NCBI GenBank assembly: GCA_963823335.1
Contig: CAWGLD010000005.1
Coordinates: forward strand, 160,001 to 224,000
Source: an uncultured delta proteobacterium
Lineage (GTDB): Bacteria > Desulfobacterota > Desulfobacteria > Desulfobacterales > B30-G6
Length of the DNA stretch: 64,000 bases
Reading direction: 5' to 3'
Of this stretch, positions 60,759-64,000 are shown piece after piece (positions within the stretch are counted from its first letter, which is position 1; each line of letters starts with the position of its first letter). The translations under genes were made by a program, and so were the position numbers. A model generated the notes under the pieces. It was not told the origin of the DNA, did not search any database, and saw only the letters and a list, made by a program, of their open reading frames with translations.

Positions 60759-60870
60759 AGCGGGCGCGGACCCCGTGGATTCTGCTTGCGGCGGTGCTTC
60801 GCATGCCGCAGGGTTAGCGAGCGAAACAAAATTAGATAGAAATCCTTACGGTCGCTGCGAAGCACTGCAT
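60759..60870 (+). repeat. Dispersed repeat family A, composite copy
   Basis: Joins the gtgcttcgcatg module of 28211 to the ggttagcgagcgaa...ccttacggtcg module of 42808. Confidence 0.8.
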
Positions 60871-60904
60871 GAAATAATTGTCAATCCGAAGAAAAGGAAA
60901 TGCC

Positions 60905-61156
60905 ATGACACACCACCATGACCATCATCACGATGTGACAAGTGATTTAACATTTGAGGAGAAATTGATCAAGCTGCTCGAGCATTGGCTGAAACATAAC
61001 CATGATCATGCCCATACTTACCGGGAATGGGCGGAACGGGCCAAGGCAAATGATCTTACGCAAGTTGCTGTTCTGATAGATGAAATCGGTGAGATTACCC
61101 GGCTCATCGATGAAAAGATCAAGGAAGCTCTCAAAACAGTATCAATTAAGCCATAA
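60905..61156 (+). CDS. Small His-rich hypothetical protein
   Basis: MTHHHDHHHD...LLEHWLKHNHDHAHTY; RBS aagga. Confidence 0.75.
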   Translation: MTHHHDHHHDVTSDLTFEEKLIKLLEHWLKHNHDHAHTYREWAERAKANDLTQVAVLIDEIGEITRLIDEKIKEALKTVSIKP

Positions 61157-61198
61157 GCTGTAAGCAATAAGCGTTTAGCAGCTTACAGCTTATAGCTT
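61147..61198. repeat. Heptamer repeat family B
   Basis: taagcca-taagctg-taagcaa-taagcgt / cttacag-cttatag. Confidence 0.85.
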
Positions 61199-61426
61199 CA
61201 TTCGTTATATGCATCAGGGTTTCAACCCGTCCAGTGGATTCGTACCATCGATGCCCACAGGCTGTTGTATTCCCAGTTTTATTTGGCAGGTTGTGAGCCC
61301 TGATTGTTGACATCGATCCACCGGGGCATTAGTTTTGTTACGTCGTCTCTGGGAAATGGCTTATATATTGTTTAACCGAAAGCACAATACAGACATCGTT
61401 GCGATGTCGTTGAAAGAGAACTGTCA

Positions 61427-61654
61427 ATGATGCTCAGTGAGATGAAAGAAGGGGAAACCGGAACGATCCTCCGGATCGGGGGAGAAGGCGCTCTTCGCCG
61501 AAGAATTCTTGAAATGGGTCTTATCAAGAACACCGAGGTATATGTGGAAAAATACGCCCCCTTGAAAGACCCTCTGGAGTTGATCGTGAAAGGATATCAT
61601 TTATCCCTGAGGGTCAATGAAGCTTCCCAGATTACGGTGGAAAAAGTGGTCTAG
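61427..61654 (+). CDS. feoA: Ferrous iron transport protein A
   Basis: RRRILEMG, APLKDP, LSLR. Confidence 0.93.
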   Translation: MMLSEMKEGETGTILRIGGEGALRRRILEMGLIKNTEVYVEKYAPLKDPLELIVKGYHLSLRVNEASQITVEKVV

Positions 61655-61682
61655 AAAGGGCTGCCCAAAATTAAAACTCGAC

Positions 61683-61744
61683 AGCGAGTTCATTGCCCGT
61701 GGTTCTGCCTGCGGCAGTGCTTCGCATGCTGCAAGATTCCCCAA
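61683..61744 (+). repeat. Dispersed repeat family A copy
   Basis: agcgag...ggttctgcctgcggcagtgcttcgcatgctgc, close to 28211-28274. Confidence 0.8.
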
Positions 61745-61825
61745 TCGGTCAATAAAAACACAGAACTGCTAACCTGTTATTTTATTTTACGCGTGGGTTA
61801 TAGAAATTCTGAGACGTAAACGAAG

Positions 61826-64000
61826 ATGCCAGCCATGCCCCAAAAATCACTCACCATTGCCCTTTCCGGAAACCCCAACGCCGGAAAAACCTCCATTTTC
61901 AATCATCTTACGGGAACCCGTCAGAAAGTCGGAAACTGGCCGGGCGTGACGGTGGAGAAAAAGGAAGGCACCATCCATAGGCATGGGTATGAACTCAGAA
62001 TCATCGATCTTCCCGGTACCTACAGCCTCACACCGTTTTCCATTGAAGAGATTATCGCCAGGGACTTCATTCTAGAAGAATCACCGGATGTCGTTGTGGT
62101 CATTATCGATGCTTCGAATCTGGAAAGGAGCCTTTATCTTGCAACCCAGATTCGAGAATTGGATTGCAAGGTGGTATTTTGCCTCAACATGGCGGATGTT
62201 GCAAAATCGCGAGGCATCAAAATCGATGCTGCGAAATTGTCGGAACTTCTGGATGTGCCGGTTCTTTTTACGGTGGGCAATAAAAACGATGGTATCGATG
62301 AACTGCTAAAGACCGCTATCGGCCTGGCCGAGACAGATAGTTCCACCACCCAGAAAAGAAGGGTCCGGTATCGGGCAGACATTGAAAAAGCCATCCAGGA
62401 GCTAGGATCGGTCCTGACGGCGGAGCTTGGATCGACACTTCCCTACAACACCAGATGGGTGTCAATTAAATTAATCGAAAACGATACCATCGTCAAAGAA
62501 AGGATTCAGCAGTTAGCAGGCAGCAAGGGCGAAAGGGTATTTGAAGCGGTTCAAACACAGCGGGATACCCTCATGGGCCTCTTTGATGAAGAACCGGAAA
62601 TACTGACCACGGACGAACGTTACGGTTTTATTGCCGGCATTATCAAGGAGGTACATACCACAGCGGTACAGCAGCGAGTTGACATTTCCCGGAACATTGA
62701 CCTGGTTCTGACAAACAGGTTTGTGGGGTTCCCCATCTTCATTCTGTTTATCTGGATCATGTTCCAATCGACCTTCACTTTTGGTGAATATCCCATGGAG
62801 TGGATAAAGACCGTTATCAATGGTTTTTCCATGTTTGTGGGTAGCGTTGTGCCTGATTCTCTGATAAAGGAGCTACTCCTGGAAGGGGTGATAGCCGGTG
62901 TCGGCAGTGTCATTGTATTCTTACCCAATATCCTGATACTTTTCTTCTGCATCGCTATTTTTGAAGATACAGGATACATGTCCCGGGCTGCTTTTCTGAT
63001 GGACAAGATCATGCATCTGATCGGTCTGCACGGAAAATCCTTTATTCCCATGTTGATGGGATTTGGCTGCAACGTTCCGGCGATCATGGCTGCCAGAACC
63101 CTGGAAAGTGAAAAAGACCGCATCCTGACCATTCTGATTACACCCTTTATGTCTTGCTCCGCAAAACTGCCCGTCTACATCGTCCTGGCGGGTGCGTTTT
63201 TCGGGCCGCGTGCGGGGACTGTTATCTTTCTCATATACCTTCTGGGGATTGTTCTCTCCATTGTCACCGGCAGACTGTTTCGTTCCGTGTTACTCAAAGG
63301 TGCTGACGCACCTTTTGTCATGGAACTTCCACCATACCGGGTGCCGATGCTCAAGAGCCTCGTGATTCATATGTGGGATCGCAGCAGGATATTTTTAAAA
63401 AAAATGGGAGGGATTATCCTGGTGGGATCGGTGGTGGTCTGGTGCCTGACGGCATTCCCGCGGCAGGTGTCCTACACCATGGATTATGATGCAGAGATCT
63501 CAAGAATCGAACAGACATATCAGGCATTTCAACCGGCTCCGGAAATGGAGTTGCTGGCAAAGGTTCAGGCAAAAAAAGACCAGGAGATCCAGCAGTTGAA
63601 AATGGCTCGGGCTGCTGAAAGGGCAGAAAATTCTTTTATGGGCCGTATCGGTACCACCATCGCGCCATTTTTTCATCCCCTCGGTATTGACTGGAAAGGG
63701 GGCGTGGCGCTTCTGACGGGTTTTGTTGCCAAAGAAATCGTGGTCAGTACCCTTGGGGTCCTGTATGCCGCTGACGATGCCTCGGAACACGATGCGCTCA
63801 AAAAAGCGCTTTTGGCATCCAACGTTACACCTCTGTCGGCTTTTTCGATGATGATCTTTGTGCTGCTCTATCTCCCGTGTCTTGCCACAGTTGCCGCAAT
63901 TCGACGAGAGACCCGCTCCCTGCGGTGGATGCTCTTCAGTATCGGCTACACGACATCGGTAGCCTGGGTCATGTCTTTTCTGGTGTATCAGGGCGGGAAG
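61826..64000 (+). CDS. feoB: Ferrous iron transport protein B, 3' end outside the window
   Basis: GNPNAGKT, GNWPGVTVEKK, DLPGTYS, NMAD, GFGCNVP, PFMSCSA, LYLPC; frame open to the window end. Confidence 0.95.
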   Translation, partial: MPAMPQKSLTIALSGNPNAGKTSIFNHLTGTRQKVGNWPGVTVEKKEGTIHRHGYELRIIDLPGTYSLTPFSIEEIIARDFILEESPDVVVVIIDASNLERSLYLATQIRELDCKVVFCLNMADVAKSRGIKIDAAKLSELLDVPVLFTVGNKNDGIDELLKTAIGLAETDSSTTQKRRVRYRADIEKAIQELGSVLTAELGSTLPYNTRWVSIKLIENDTIVKERIQQLAGSKGERVFEAVQTQRDTLMGLFDEEPEILTTDERYGFIAGIIKEVHTTAVQQRVDISRNIDLVLTNRFVGFPIFILFIWIMFQSTFTFGEYPMEWIKTVINGFSMFVGSVVPDSLIKELLLEGVIAGVGSVIVFLPNILILFFCIAIFEDTGYMSRAAFLMDKIMHLIGLHGKSFIPMLMGFGCNVPAIMAARTLESEKDRILTILITPFMSCSAKLPVYIVLAGAFFGPRAGTVIFLIYLLGIVLSIVTGRLFRSVLLKGADAPFVMELPPYRVPMLKSLVIHMWDRSRIFLKKMGGIILVGSVVVWCLTAFPRQVSYTMDYDAEISRIEQTYQAFQPAPEMELLAKVQAKKDQEIQQLKMARAAERAENSFMGRIGTTIAPFFHPLGIDWKGGVALLTGFVAKEIVVSTLGVLYAADDASEHDALKKALLASNVTPLSAFSMMIFVLLYLPCLATVAAIRRETRSLRWMLFSIGYTTSVAWVMSFLVYQGGK

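Noticed and set aside
55402-61198. CRISPR array
   Set aside because: Units are 7 nt with no unique spacers; family A copies are dispersed; no cas genes.
61200-61420. Cobalamin or metal riboswitch, or Fur box, before feoA
   Set aside because: No recognisable B12 box or GATAAT repeats; only a TTGACA and a short palindrome (gacatcg-ttg-cgatgtc).

Overview
64-kb window from an anaerobic bacterium, most likely a Desulfobacterales-type sulfate reducer (inferred from gene content; not checked). No rRNA, tRNA, CRISPR array or transposase is visible. The window has four blocks. (1) 1-11.5 kb: USP, SDR, acetamidase/formamidase, a divergent orphan GcvPA/GcvPB pair, an ATP-NAD-kinase-like gene, a broken DegT aminotransferase, a divergent transketolase and a class I aminotransferase. 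(2) 11.7-21.5 kb: Liv-type ABC transporter, SLC13/TrkA-C permease and alkyl sulfatase. (3) 21.5-55 kb, a large catabolic island: Pot-type ABC transporter, two tungsten-family AORs, SSS symporter, XRE-cupin regulator, a pyridoxamine-pyruvate aminotransferase homolog, PreA-like flavo-FeS reductase, UbiD decarboxylase, an FHMPC-dehydrogenase-like enzyme, M29/NicX-fold metalloenzyme, cupin, three-subunit Mo hydroxylase, BMP-type ABC transporter, M20 amidohydrolase and YqeB/YqeC/MocA maturation genes. (4) 55-64 kb: gene remnants, RarD, CYTH, PilZ, PBP1A, a His-rich protein and feoAB. Main hypothesis: block 3 encodes an oxygen-independent vitamin B6 (pyridoxamine/pyridoxal/4-pyridoxate) degradation pathway. 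It would combine homologs of the aerobic Mesorhizobium upper pathway with a hydroxylate-reduce-hydrolyse ring opening like that of nicotinate fermentation. Three non-coding repeat families are also present. Eight frameshifts (seven are +1) are probably sequencing errors. All homology calls come from reading motifs by eye; no searches were run.
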